Source: Mobula birostris (Eukaryota). From it: a stretch of DNA of 64,000 bases. This document shows positions 48,536 to 61,799 of this stretch, piece after piece. Where the stretch lies: positions 22,295,130 to 22,359,129 of the forward strand of contig NC_092375.1 of NCBI RefSeq assembly GCF_030028105.1. The letters run 5' to 3'. The notes beneath the pieces are model-generated. The model was not told the origin of the DNA. It was given only the letters and a program-made list of their open reading frames with translations, and ran no database searches. Position 1 is the first letter of the stretch; each line of letters opens with the position of its first letter. The translations under genes and the position numbers were made by a program.

Positions 48536-51500
48536 ATCTTTAAGGTGAGGTTGGGTTGCCTGAGGCATACTGTTCTCATTATGCTGTTCATACAGATCCA
48601 CCCATTACACAGTGCATTGAAATAGAACAAAGCAGAACAAAGGGAATCTGTACGGCAGGTAAACAATAAAGTTCAAGATCAAAATGAAATCGATTGTAAG
48701 GTCAGGAGCCCATCTTATCGTACCGGGGAAGCATTTACTAGTCTTATTATAGTGGAATAGAAGTTGTCTTTGAACCTGGTGGGGGTTGCTTTCAGGATTT
48801 TGAATCTTCTGCCCGATAGGAGAGGGGAGAAGAGAGAATGATCAGGGTGAATGAGGTCTTTGATTATGCTGTCTTCTTTAATGAGGGAACAAGTGTAGTC
48901 AGAGACCATGGAGAGGACACTGATTTCTGTGGGCAGATAGAGGTAGCATGAACACGAAACCTAACATCTATCTGTCTATCTATCTATTTATCTATTTATC
49001 TATTGTGTTTGCACGGTTTATCTTTTGCACTTTGGTCATTTGCCTGTCTTGTTTATGTGTAATTTTTTTTCATTGGTTCTATTGTATTTCTTTGTTCTAC
49101 TTGAATGCCTGCAAGGAAATGAATCTCAGGGTAATATGTGGTGATGTAGTCATGCTTTGATAGTAAATGCACTTTGAACTTTGAACTCTGTTTCTGTTCA
49201 TATGAGGTTCCTGGTGGGCAAACTTCTGCTATCATCACCAGCACATGACATAAGGCAGTCTCTTTGATAACTGAGTATTGATGAATGTTGACGAACTGAA
49301 ATTGTTTATGTTCTCATCCTCCTCTGCTCCAATTTGGAACAGGAAGTTTCCCATGGATATTCCTCCACAGGCGATGAATTTATGCAAATTATTGAGTTGC
49401 CTTCTCACCATTTGAAATTTAGATTATAATCCAGCAATCATATGGAGAGATACGGCCAGGAGGTAGACCTTCAGTGCTAATCATCAACCGTCCATTTAGA
49501 CCAGACCTACATTAACTTACTTCCTTAAATTCTTCCGACACCCTCATCAACTCTCCCCAGATTTTTCCACTCACCATTAAGCCAGGGGAAATTTATAGTG
49601 ATCAATAATTTAGTAGCCTGCACACCTTTGAGACGTGGGATAAAACTGAAATACCCTGAGGAAACATGCAAAGTCACAGGTAGCATCGGAGGTCAGGATT
49701 AAATCTAGCTTTCAGGCACCGTGAGGAATCAGTTATATTAGCTAGGGTGTTATATTGCTGTGGGTGTAATCCTGTATTTAACAAGAAGAGGACGACCAAC
49801 CTGGGGGGGGCCAGTTTGGTTGTAGGTCAAGCAGCAAACCTTTCCTCCACTGGTGCCAAAAGCTGGAGCTTTTGTGTGCTGTTAATTCATAGAAAAGGCA
49901 AAAGCTCATTGCTCAAGGTACAGGAGCCACTTAGCAATTAAAGCATTGGCAGTGTGTCCTTGTCATATTTATTTATTTATTACTTAGAGATGCAGCATGG
50001 TAACAGACCCTTCCCCTCCATTAACTCCACAGTGCCCAATTACACCCATGTGAGCAATTAACATACTAACCTGTACGTCTTTGGAATGTGGGAGGAAACC
50101 AGAGCACCCAGAAGAAATCCACATGGTCATGGGGAGAACGTACAGACCTTACAGACGGCGAAGGGAATTGAACTGGGGTCACTGGCTCTGTAATAGTGTT
50201 ACTCTGACAACTACCTCCTGTGCTAACCCTGTTACACCACTCCCTGGAACCCCCTTCTCCGATCCCAGTCTTTTCCCTGAACTGTGAGAAGAAACCATTG
50301 GTCGGCCATTCAGCCCTAAACTTGGGGCAGATTCCTCTCAGGAGTTGATAAGATCAGGCCATCTCGTTGGGGCCGGGGAGGCAGGAGTGGACACAAGGCA
50401 CACTGGAGAGTGCCACCTCCCTTTCTTCAGTCTCCTCCTTGTCAGCTTTTATCACCACTGCACTGTGGAGAAAATTCTTCATGTTCTGAGCCTCTTTCCT
50501 TTGGTCAGTGCAGCAACGTCACTACAGCTGTAAGTTCAGTAAGCCACAAAGGCCCCCTTCAACACGCTGTGTCCACTTTATTAGATTCCTTCTGTATGTG
50601 GTCTTCTCTTTCTGTTGGCCATCCTCGACATGTTGTGCATTCGGAGATGCTGTTCTGCACATCACTGTTGTAATGTGTCCTTGTTTAAGCTGCTGTTGCC
50701 TTCCTGTCAGCTTGACTAGTCTGGCCATTCTCCTCTGACCTCTCTCATCAACAAGACATTTTCACCCACTGAATGGCCACTCATTGGATGTTTTTTGTTC
50801 ATTTTTGCACGGTTCTCTGTAAACTCTAGAGACTGTTGTGTGTGAAAACCCCAGGAGATCAGCACTTTCTGAAGTATTCAAGCCACCCTGTCTGGCACCA
50901 ACCATCGTTCCACAGCAATGTGGACCACGGTAAATAGAAAAGGTGTGTCAAAAGGGCAATGTTATGATAGTCATGGGAGATTTCAACATGCTGGTTGATT
51001 GGGAAAATTATGTTGGAAATGGATCTCAAGAGAATGAATTTGTTGAATGTCTACAAGATGGCTTTTAGTGCAGTTTGTCATTGAGCCTACAAGGGGATCA
51101 GCTATGCTGGATTGGGTGTTATGTAATGAACCAGAAGCAATCAGGGAGCTTAAGATAAAAGAACCCTAGGAGGCAGTGATCACAATACGATTGAGTTCAA
51201 TTTGAAATTTGCTCAGGAGAAAGTAAAATCTGATGTAGCAGTATTTCAGTGGAGTAAGGGAAATTACAGTGGTATGAGAGAGGAGATGGCTGAAGTAAAA
51301 TGGAAGGAGCTGCCGGCAGAGATGACAGCAGAGCAGCAATGGCATGAATTTCTGGGTAAAATGAGGAAGGTGCAGGATAGATGTATTCCAAAAATGAAGA
51401 AATACTCAAACAGCAAAATAGTACAACCATGACTGACAGGGGAAGTCACAGCTAATGTAAAAGCAAAAGAGAGGGTGTACAACAGAACAAAAATTAATGG

Positions 51501-54500
51501 GAAGATAGAGAATTGGGAAGCTATTAAAAACTTACAGAGAGCAACTAAAATAATCATTAGGAGGGAAAAGATGAAATATAAAAGCAAGCTAGCAAACGAT
51601 ATCAAAGTAGATAGTAAAAGCTTTTTCAAGTAGGTAAAAAATAAAAGAGAGATGAAAGTGGATATAGGACTGTTGGAAAAAATAGGCAGGAGAAATAATA
51701 ATGGGGGACAAGGAGATGGAAGAAGAACTAAATGAGTATTTTGCATCAGTCTTCACTGTGGAAGACACTAGCAGTGTGCCAGATGTTGAAGGGTGTGAAG
51801 GAAGTGAGTGCAGTTACTATTACAAGGGAGAAGGTGCTCAAAAAGCTGAAAGACCTAAGGGTACATAAGTCACCCAGACCAGAAGAACTTCACCCTAGGG
51901 TTCTGAAAGAGGTAGTGGGAGAGATTGTGGAGGCATTAGTAATGATCTTTCAAAAATCATTGGACTCTGGCATGGTGCTAGAGGACTAGAAAATTGCAAA
52001 TGTCACTCCACTCTTTAAGAAAAGAGGAAGGCAGCAGAAAGGAAATTATAATCCAGTTAGCCTGACCTCAGTGGTTGGGAAAATGTTAGATTCAATTGTT
52101 AAGGATGAGGTTATGGAGTATTTGGTGACACAGGACAAAATAGGACAAAGTCAGTATGGTTTCCTTAAGGGAAAATCCTGCCTGACAAACCTGCTGGAAT
52201 TCTTTGAAGAGATTACAAGTAGGATAAATAAAAGGGATCCAGTGGATGTTGTATATTTGGACTTTCAGAAGGCCTTTGACAAGCTGCCACACATGAGGCT
52301 GCTTACCAAGTTAAAAGCACATGGTATTACAGGAAAGTTACTAGCATGGTTAGAGCATTGGCTGATTGGTAGGAGGCAATGAGTGGGAATAAAAGGATCC
52401 TTTTCTGGTTGGCTGCCAGTGTCTAGAGGTATTTCGCAGGGGTCGATGTTGGGACTGCATCTTTTTATGCTGTGTGTCAATGATTTGATGGCTTTGTTGC
52501 CAAGTTGGCAGATGATACACAGATTGGTGGAAGGGCAGGTAGTGTTGAGGAAACTGGTAGGCTGCAGAAGGACAGATTAGGAGAATGGGCAAGAAAGTGG
52601 CAAATGAAATACAATGTTGGAAAATACATGGTGTGTGCTTTGGTGGAAGAAATAAATGTGCAGACTATTCTCTAAATGGGGAGAACAATCCAAAAATCTG
52701 AGATGCAAAGGGACTTGGGAGTCCTTGTACAGAACATAGATAGAAACAAAGAAACATAGAAAAACTACAGCACAATACAGGCTCTCGGTCCACAAAGCTG
52801 TGTTGAACATGTCCTTACCTTAGAAATTACCTAGGGTTACCCATAGCCCGCTATTTTTCTAAGCTCCATGCACCTATCCAGGAGTCTCTTAAAAGACCCT
52901 ATCATATCCAACTCCACCACCGTCACTGGCAGCCCATTCCACACACTCACCACTCTGTGTAAAAAAAAAAAAAAAAAAAAAAAACACCCCTGACATTTCC
53001 TCTGTACCTACTTCCAAGCACCTTAAAACCGTGCCCTATTGTGCTAGCTATTTCAGCCCTGGGAAAAAGCCTCTGACGAACCACATGATCAATGCCTCTC
53101 ATTATCTTATACATCTCTATCAGGTCACCTCTCATCCTCCGTTGCTCCAAGGAGAAAAGGCCGAGTTCACTCAACTTATTCTCATAAGGCATGCTCTCCA
53201 ATCCAGGCAACATCCTTGTAAATCTCCTCTGCACCCTTTCTATGGTTTCCACATCCTTCCTACAGTGAGGCGACCAGAACTGAGCACAGTACTCCAAGTG
53301 GGGTCTGACCCTGGTTCTATATCGCTGCAACATTACCTCTCCGCTTCTAAATTCAATCCCACAATTGATGAAAGCCAATACATCGTATGCCTTCTTAACC
53401 ACAGAGTTAACCTGTGCAGCAGCTTTGAGAGTCCTATGGACTCAGACCCCCAGATCCCTCTGATCCTCCACAGTGCCAAGAGTCTTACCATTATTACTAT
53501 ATTCTGCCATCATATTTGACTTACCAAAATGAACCACCTCACACTTCTCTGGGTTGAACTCCATCTGCCACTTCTCAACCCAGTTTTACATCCTATTAAT
53601 GTCCCACTGTAACCTCTGACAGCCCTCCACACTATCCACAACACCCCTAACCTACTAACCCATCTCTTCACTTCCTCATCCAGGTCATTTATAAAAATCA
53701 TAAAGAGTAGCGGTCCCAGAACAGATCCCTGAGGCACACCACTAGTCACTGACCTCCATGCAGAATAAGACCGGTCTACAACCACTCTTTGCCTTCTGCG
53801 GGCAAGTCAATTCTAGATCCTCAAAGCAATGTCCCCTTGGATCCCATGCCTCTTTACTTTCTCAATAAGCCTTGCATGGGGTACCTTATCAAGTGTCTTG
53901 CTGAAATCCATATGCACGACATCTACTGCTTTACCTTCATCAATGTGTTTAGTCACATCCTCAAAAAATTCAGTCAGGCTCGTAAGGCACGACATGCCTT
54001 TGACAAAACCATGCTGACTATTCTTAACCATATTATACCTCTCCAAATGTTCATAAATCCTGCCTCTCAGAATCTTCTCCAGCAACTTATCAACCACTGA
54101 AGTAAGAATTACTGGTCTATAATTTCCTGGGCTATCTCTACTCCCTTTCTTGAATAAGGGAACAATATCCACAATCTTCCAATCCTCCGGTACTTCTCCC
54201 ATCCCGATTGATGATGCAAAGATCATCGCCAGAGGCTTAACAATCTCCTCCCTTGTCTCCCATAGTAGACTGGGGTACATCTCGTCTGGTTCCGGTGACT
54301 TATCTAACTTGATGCTTTCCAAAAGCTCCAGCACATCCTCTTCCTTAATATCTACATGCTCAAGCTTTTCAGTCCACTGCAAGTCATCACTACAATCACC
54401 AGGATCCTTTTCAGTAGTGAATACTGAAGCAAAGTATTCATTAAAGTACCTCTTCTATCTCCTTCGGTTCCATACACACTTTTCCACTGTTACACTCGAT

Positions 54501-55472
54501 TGGTCCTATTCTCTCACATCTTATCCTCTTGCTCTTCACATACTTGTAGAATGCCTTGGGGTTTTCCTTAATCCTGTCTGCCAAGGCCTTCTCATGGCCC
54601 CTTCTGGCTCTCCTAATTTCATTCTTAAGCTCCTTCCTGCTAGTCTTATAATCTTCTAGATCTCTATAATTACCTAGTTTTTTGAACCTTTCATAAGCTC
54701 TTTTCTTCTTGTCGAGATTTATAACAGCCTTTGTACACCACAGTTCCTGTACTCTACCATCCTTTCCCTGTACCCTACCATCCTTTCCCTGTCTGATTGG
54801 AACGTACCTAAGCAGAACTCCACGTAAATATCCCCTGAACATTTGCCACATTTCTGCCATATATTTCCCTGAGAACATCTGTTTCCAATTCATGCTTCCA
54901 AGTTCCTGCCTGATAGCATCATATTTTCCCTTACTGCAACTAAACGTTTCCTTAACTTATCTGTTCCTATCCCTCTCCAATGCTATGGTAAAGGAGATAG
55001 CATTGTGATCTCCAGAATGCTCTTTCACTGAGAGATCTCATACCTGACCAGGTTCATTTCCCAATACCAGATAAAGTACAGCCTCTCCTCTTGTAGGCTT
55101 ATCTACATTTTGTGCCAAGAAGCCTTCTCGAACATATCTAATAAACTCCACCCCATTTAAACCCCTCCCTCTAGGTACATGCTGATCGATATTTGGGAAA
55201 TTAAAATCTTCAACCAGAACAACCCTGTTATTATTACACCTTTCCAGGATCTGTCTTCCTATCTGCTCCTCGATGTCCCTGTTACTATTGGGTGGTCTAT
55301 AAAAAACACCCAGTAGAGTTATTGATCCCTTCCTGTTCTTAGCTTCCACCCACAGAGACTCTGTAGACAATCCCTTCATGACTTCCTCCTTTTCTGCAGC
55401 CGTGACACTATCTCTGATCAACAGTGCCACGTTCCCCCCTCTTTTCCATCCCTCCTTGTCCTTTCTGAAACA

Positions 55473-56170
55473 TCTTGGGGTCCGAGTCCATAGGACACTC
55501 AAAGCTGCTACGCAGGTTGACTCTGTGGCTAAGAAGGCATACAGTGCATTGGCCTTCATCAATCGTGGGATTGAGTTTAAGAGCCGAGAGGTAATTTTGC
55601 AGCTTTGTAGGACCCTGGTCAGACCCCACTTGGAGTACTGTGCTCAATTCTGGTTGCCTCACTATAGGAAGGACGTGGAAACCATAGAAAGGGTGCAGAG
55701 GAGATTTACAAGGATGTTGCCTGGATTGGGGAGCATGCCTTATGAGAATGGGTTGAGTGAACTCAGCCGTTTCTCCTTGGAGTGATGGAGGATGGGAGGT
55801 GACTTGATAGAGGTGTACAAGATAATGAGAGGCATTGATCGTGTGGATAGTCAGAGGGTTTTCCCCAGGGCTGAAATGGCTAACATGAGAGGTCATAGTT
55901 TTAAAGTGCTTGGAAGTAGGTACAGAGGAGATGTCAGGGGTAAGTTATTTACGCAGAGAGTGGTGGGTGCGTGGAATGGGCTGCTGGCGGCGGTGGTGGT
56001 GAAGGTGGAAACGATAGGGTCTTTTAAGAGACTCCTGGATGGCTACATGGAGCTTAGAAAAATAGAGGGCTATGGCTATAGCATAGGTAGTTCTAAGGTA
56101 GGGACATGTTCGGCACAGCTTTGTGGGCTGAAGGGCCTGTATTGTGCTGTATGTTTTCTATGTTTCTTCT
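55473..56170 (+). mobile_element. CR1 3' fragment nested in the minus-strand CR1
   Basis: RPHLEYCAQFW and a 3'UTR; the flanks rejoin as gaaacatc-taaagcctggc, as in the uninterrupted copy at about 9875-9890. Confidence 0.9.
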
Positions 56171-56665
56171 AAAGCCTGGCACTCGAAGTAACCATTCCTG
56201 CATCTGAGCCATCCAAGTCTCTGTAAAGGCCACAACATCATAGGTCCAAGTACTGATCCACGCTCTAAGCTCATCGGCTTTGTTCTTAATACTCCTTGCA
56301 TTAAAATAGACACATGTCAAACCATCGGTCTGAGCACGTCCCTTCTCTATCACCTGCCTATCCTCCCTCTTGAACTGTCTCTAAGCTTTTTCTATTTGTG
56401 AACCAACCGCCTCTTCCTTTGTCTCTTCAGTCGGTTCTTACCCCCCAGCAATTCTAGTTTAAACTCTCCCCAATAGCTGCAGCAAACCTTCCCGCCAGGA
56501 TATTGGCACCCCTCCGATTCAAGTGCAATCTGTCCTTTTTGTATAGGTCACACCTGCCCCAAAAGAGGTCCTAATGATCCAGAAATCTGAATCCCTGTCC
56601 CCTGCTCCAATCCCTCAGCCACGAAGTTATCCACCACCTGATTGTATTCCTATACTCACTGTCAC

Positions 56666-59058
56666 TGGAACCTGATTAGTTCCAAGGGTTAAGTGTGTCC
56701 AGGATGGATTCCTGTCACAGTATGTGGACAGGCCGACCAGAGGGAATGCCATACTAGATCTAGTACTAGGTAATGAACCGGGTCAGGTCACAGATCTCTC
56801 AGTGGGTGAGCATCTCGGGGACAGTGACCACCGCTCCCTGCACTTAGCATTATCATGGAAAAGGATAGAATCAGAGAGGACAGGAAAATTTTTAATTGGG
56901 GAAAGGCAAATTATGAGGCTATTTGGCTAGAACTTGTGGGTGTGAATTGGAATGATGATTTTGCAGGGAAATGTACTATGGACATGTGGTCGATGTTTAG
57001 AGATCTCTTGCGGGATGTTAGGGATAAATTTGTCCCAGTGAGGAAGATAAAGAATGGTAGGGTGAAGGAACCATGGGTGACAAGTGAGGTGGAAAATCTA
57101 GTCAGGTGGAAGAAGGCAGCATACATGAGATTTAGAAAGCAAGGATCAGATGGGTCTATTGAGGAATATAGGGGAGCAAGAAAGGAGCTTAAGAAGGGGC
57201 TGAGAAGAGCAAGAAGGAGGCATGAGAAGGCCTTGGCGAGTAGGGTAAAGGAAAACCCCAAGGCATCCTTCAATTATGTGAAGAAAAACAGGATGACAGG
57301 AGTGAAGGTAGGACTGATTAGAGATAAAGGTGGGAAGATGTGCCTGGAGGCTGTGGAAATGAGCGAGGTCCTCAATGAATACTTCTCTTCGGTATTCACC
57401 AGTGAGAGGGAACTTGATGATGGTGAGGACAATATGAGTGAGGTTGATGTTCTGGAGCATGTTGATATTAAGGGAGAGGAGGTGTTGGAGTTGTTAAAAT
57501 ACATCAGGACAGATAAGTTCCCGGGGCCTGACGGAGTATTCCCCAGGCTGCTCCACGAGGTGAGGGAAGAGATTGCTGAGCCTCTGGCTAGGATCTTTAT
57601 GTCCTCGTTGTCCACGGGAATGGTACTGGAGGACTGGAGGGAGGCGAATGTTGTCCCCTTGTTCAAAAAAGGTAGTAGGGATAGTCCGGGTAATTATAGA
57701 CCAATGAGCCTTACGTCTGTGGTGGGAAAGCTGTTGGAAAAGATTCTTAGAGATAGGATCGATAGGCATTTAGAGAATCATGGATCGGGGACAGTCAGCA
57801 TGGCTTTGTGAAGGGCAGATTGTGTCTACCAAGCCTGATAGAGTTCTTTGAGGAGGTGACCAGGCATATAGATGAGGGTAGTGCAGTGGATGTGATCTAT
57901 ATGGATTTTAGTAAGGCATTTGACAAGGTTCCACATGGTAGGCTTGTTCAGAAAGTCAGAAGGCATGGGATCCAGGGAAGTCTGGCCAGGTGGATTCAGA
58001 ATTGGCTTGCCTGCAGAAGGCAGAGGGTGGTGGTGGAGGGAGTACATTCAGATTGGAGGATTGTGACTAGTGGTGTCCCACAAGGATCTGTTCTGGGATC
58101 TCTACTTTTCGTGATTTTTATTAATGACCTGGATGTGGGGGTAGAAGGGTGAGTTGGCAAGTTTGCAGACGACACAAAGGTTGGTGTTGTTGTAGGTAGT
58201 GTAGAGGATTGTCAAAGATTGCAGAGAGATATTGATAGAATGCAAAAGTGGGCTGAGAAGTGGCAAATGGAGTTCAACCTGGAGAAGTGTGAGGTGGTAC
58301 ACTTTGGAAGGACAAACTCCAAGGTAGAGTACAAAGTAAATGGCAGGATAATTGGTAGTGTGGAGGAGCAGAGGGATCTCGGGGTACATGTCCACAGATC
58401 CCTGAAAGTTGCCTCACAGGTGGATAGGGTAGTTAAGAAAGCTTATGGAGTGTTAGCTTTCATAAGTCGAGGGATAGAGTTTAAGAGTCACGATGTAATG
58501 ATGCAGCTCTATAAAACTCTGGTTAGGCCACACTTGGAGTACTGTGTCCAGTTCTGGTCACCTCACTACAGGAAGGATGTGGAAGCATTGGAAAGGGTAC
58601 AGAGGATAATTATCAGGATGCTGCCTGGTTTAGAGAGTATGCATTATGATCAGAGATTAAGGGAGCTTGGGCTTTTCTCTTTGGAGAGAAGGCGGATGAG
58701 AGGAGACATGATAGAGGTGTACAAGATAATAAGAGGAATAGATAGAGTGGATACCCAGCGCCTCTTCCCCTGGGCACCACTACTCAATACAAAGGGACAT
58801 GGCTTTAAGGTAAGGGGTGGGAAGTTCAAGGGGGATATTAGAGGAAGGTTTTTTACTCATAGAGTGGTTGGTGCATGGAATGCACTGCCTGAGTCAGTGG
58901 TGGAGGCAGATACACTAGTGAAGTTTAAGGGACTACTAGACAGGTATATGGAGGAATTTAAGGTGGGGGCTTATATGGGAGGCAGGGTTTGAGGGTCGGC
59001 ACAACATTGTGGGCCGAAGGGCCTGTACTGTGCTGTACTATTCTATGTTCTATGTCTA
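56666..59058 (+). mobile_element. Younger CR1 (endonuclease end plus RT), nested, with few disablements
   Basis: Long ORFs 56855-57811, 57808-58152 and 58219-58992; flanked by TGTCAC at 56660-56665 and 59059-59064; (ttctatg)n tail. Confidence 0.93.
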
Positions 59059-60327
59059 TGTCACATGGCACAGGCAAGTAATTCCAAGATTACTACTTTT
59101 GAGGTCCTGCTTCTCAACTTCCTTCCTAACTCCCTGTAGTCTGTTTTCAGAACCTCTTCCGTTTTCTTACCTACGTCGTTGGTACCAATATGAACCACGA
59201 TCTCTGGCTGTTCTCCTTCCCACTTCAGGATATCATGGACATGATCAGAAACATCCCAGACCCTAGCACCTGGGAGGCAAACTACCATCCGTGTTTCTTT
59301 CCTGCGTCCACAGATTCGCCTGTCTGACCCCCATCCTAAAGGTTAACTTGCAGGTTGAGTCGGTGGTGAGGAAGGCAATTGCAATATTAACATTCAGTTT
59401 AAGAGGTCTAGAATACAAGAGTAGGAATGTGATGTTTGAGGCTTTATAAGGCACTGGTGAGTATTGTGAACAATTTTGGGCTTCTCATCTAAGGAAAGCT
59501 GTGCTGGCATTGGAGAGGGTTCAAAGGTGCTTCACAAGGGTGATTCTGGGAATGAAAGGATCATCATATGATGAACGTTTGGCAGCTCTGGGTCTGTACT
59601 TGCTGGAACTTAGAAGGATGAGGGGGTACCCATTGAAATCTTTCAAATATTGAAAGGCCTAGACAGAGTAGATGTGGACAGGATATTTCGCATGGTGGGG
59701 GAGTCTAGGACAAGTGGGCACAGCCTCAGGATAGAGAGGTTTCCATTTAAAACAGAGATGTGGAGAAATTCCTTTAGCCAGAGGGTGGTGAATTGTGGAA
59801 TTTATTACAACAGGCAACTGTGAAGGCCAGGTCGTTGTGTGTATTTAAGGCTGAGATTGATAGGTTCTTGATTGGACACGGCATCAAAGGTTACAGGAAG
59901 AAGGCCGGGGAGTGGGGCTGAGGAAGGGGAAAAAGGATCAGCCAAGATTGAATGGTGGAGACTCGATGGGCAAAATGGCCTAATTCTGCTCCTATGTCTT
60001 ATATCTCCTGGTCTAAAATCTGTCTCTTCACCTACAACTAGAACTGCCAGAAGAATTCTATCATAAACTATAGTTTTTGGCCAGGGATAATGACAGCCTG
60101 ACATGTAGCAACTGGTTATTCTGTTGTCAGGATGAGCTTGATCATATTTGTCCCTATATATTGAATGAAGGGCAATTTTTGTGTATTTGTTTTACTGTTA
60201 AGAGCAGGGTTAAGCTCCTTCACATGGGATCACATTGACCTTCCTTTAGTCTACAGTGGGTTTTGTTATGTATGCAAGGAACAAGAATAATAGCGGAGCA
60301 GTACAATTAAATCTTTTTACCAAATTA

Positions 60328-60650
60328 TGTTAGTGGCCAAGTGGTTAAGGCATTGGACTAGCGACCTGAAGGTCGTGAGTTCGAGCCCCATCCGAGGCAA
60401 CGTGTTGTGTCCTTCAGCAAGGCTCTTAATCACACATTGCTCTGTGACAACACTGGTGCCAAGCTGTATGGGTCCTAATGCCCTTCCCTTGGAACATCGG
60501 TCTCGTGGAGAGGGGAGACTTGCAGCATGGGCAACTGCTGGTCTTCCATACAACCTTGCCCAGGCCTGTGCCCTGGAGAGTGAAGACTTTCCAGGCGCAG
60601 ATCCATGGTCTCGCAAGACTAATGGATGCCTTTAATTTAATTTAATTTAT
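60328..60650 (+). mobile_element. tRNA-derived SINE
   Basis: A box TGGCCAAGTGG (60334-60344), B box GTTCGAGCC (60379-60387), a CORE-like segment gtgtccttcagcaaggctcttaatc, and a (ttaat)n tail. Confidence 0.82.
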
Positions 60651-61535
60651 GGGCAACATACAGTGCGGGAGCTACGAACCTGACCTGCCGAGACGAAAGC
60701 GCGCAGTCGAGAGCCCACACCAAAAGTGAGGGTCTCCTGTGTGTAGGAGGCTCAATTGATTCACATCAATTTACATCAATCAGCTGCATGTAAACTTGCT
60801 ACATTCTCAGAATTGATCCAATATGGTTCAGATTTGTACCTGAATTTCAGAGCGGAGTATTTGGATTACGGTACAGGCAAAATGCTGAAATCCTGTTTTG
60901 GAAAGTGATTCACAAAATTTGCATTATATTTCAATGTATTTCAAATGGCAGTGAGTTCTGATGAATGCTGTACTTAAAATGCTGACATGCAAATTTGTCT
61001 GTGTGAGTTGTGGAGCATCTTTCCTGGTACTGCAGTTAATGAAATGAACTGCAGTCCGTGACTAGTAGATTGTAAAACTTCTCCGTGACATACTGTGCAC
61101 TATAGATCCTAGCTCTTGACATGGCAATCTGAATTAGCTTTGATTCTGCTTGTAATCTTTGCAAAAACAGCAGCCTGATTTAGCCTGGTTCTGCTGATGC
61201 CTTCATTGGCAAGGGGGATTTGTTGCTTTATTTCCAGCTTTTGGGCTAGAAATTAATCTACACCTCTGAAACAAACTGCATCGTGTTGCTGAAAATCACA
61301 TTAGCCTGGTTTAGAGCGATTTTTCTCACACTTCTGGTGCCTCAGTGCTTGTCAACAAGTTCTTCTTCTTTCTTTTGCCCACTTACGTTTCTTTTAGGCA
61401 AAAAATTCCACCATACAGTGCTACAGTGCAAATTACACTGTGTACTGTGCTACAGAGTGGAACATGTACAGACTAGCACATCAGGAAAACCTGCCTCCCC
61501 TCCATAGACTCTGCCTATAAGTCTCACTACCCTAA

Positions 61536-61562
61536 TAGATAGATAGATAGATAGATAGATAT
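61536..61562. repeat. (TAGA)n microsatellite; other simple repeats are (TA)n at about 5944-5960, (TAA)n at about 18054-18079 and a run of about 23 A at 52961-52983
   Basis: Read directly from the sequence. Confidence 0.9.
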
Positions 61563-61799
61563 ACTTTATTAATCCCGAGGGGATTAAAACAGACATAACC
61601 AAAGAATCACCCCACCTTGGACTTCCTCTCTCCTCCCCCCTCTCATCGGGCAGATGAAACACAAGACCGAAAGTTCCTACAACCAGGCTCAGGTCCACCT
61701 TCTATCCTGCTGTAATAAACCCTTGAATGGACTTGGATGCAGTTAGCTGATTAGGTATTTGCATTAATGAATAGTTGTATTTGAATTTGAATTGATTTT

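Larger units (their letters stand above)
52736..59334 (-). mobile_element. CR1 (same subfamily as 7172-11420), truncated in ORF1 and itself interrupted twice
   Basis: Collinear with 7172-10635 once 55473-56170 and 56666-59058 are removed; contains an in-frame 21-bp duplication (QGKDGRV x2) at about 54750-54795. Confidence 0.9.
50920..60005 (+). mobile_element. Host CR1 LINE split into 50920-52735 and 59335-60005 by nested CR1 insertions
   Basis: ...gagtccttgtacag at about 52730 continues as cctaaaggttaacttgcagg at about 59336, the same junction seen intact at about 1005-1040. Confidence 0.85.

Noticed and set aside
52961-52983. Poly(A) run suggesting a processed pseudogene
   Set aside because: It lies inside a CR1 3' region (an expanded T-run on the element strand), with no mRNA-like sequence or TSD.
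60331-60400. tRNA gene look-alike
   Set aside because: It continues directly into a SINE body and tail and has no proper acceptor-stem closure or T-run terminator, so it is treated as a SINE head.
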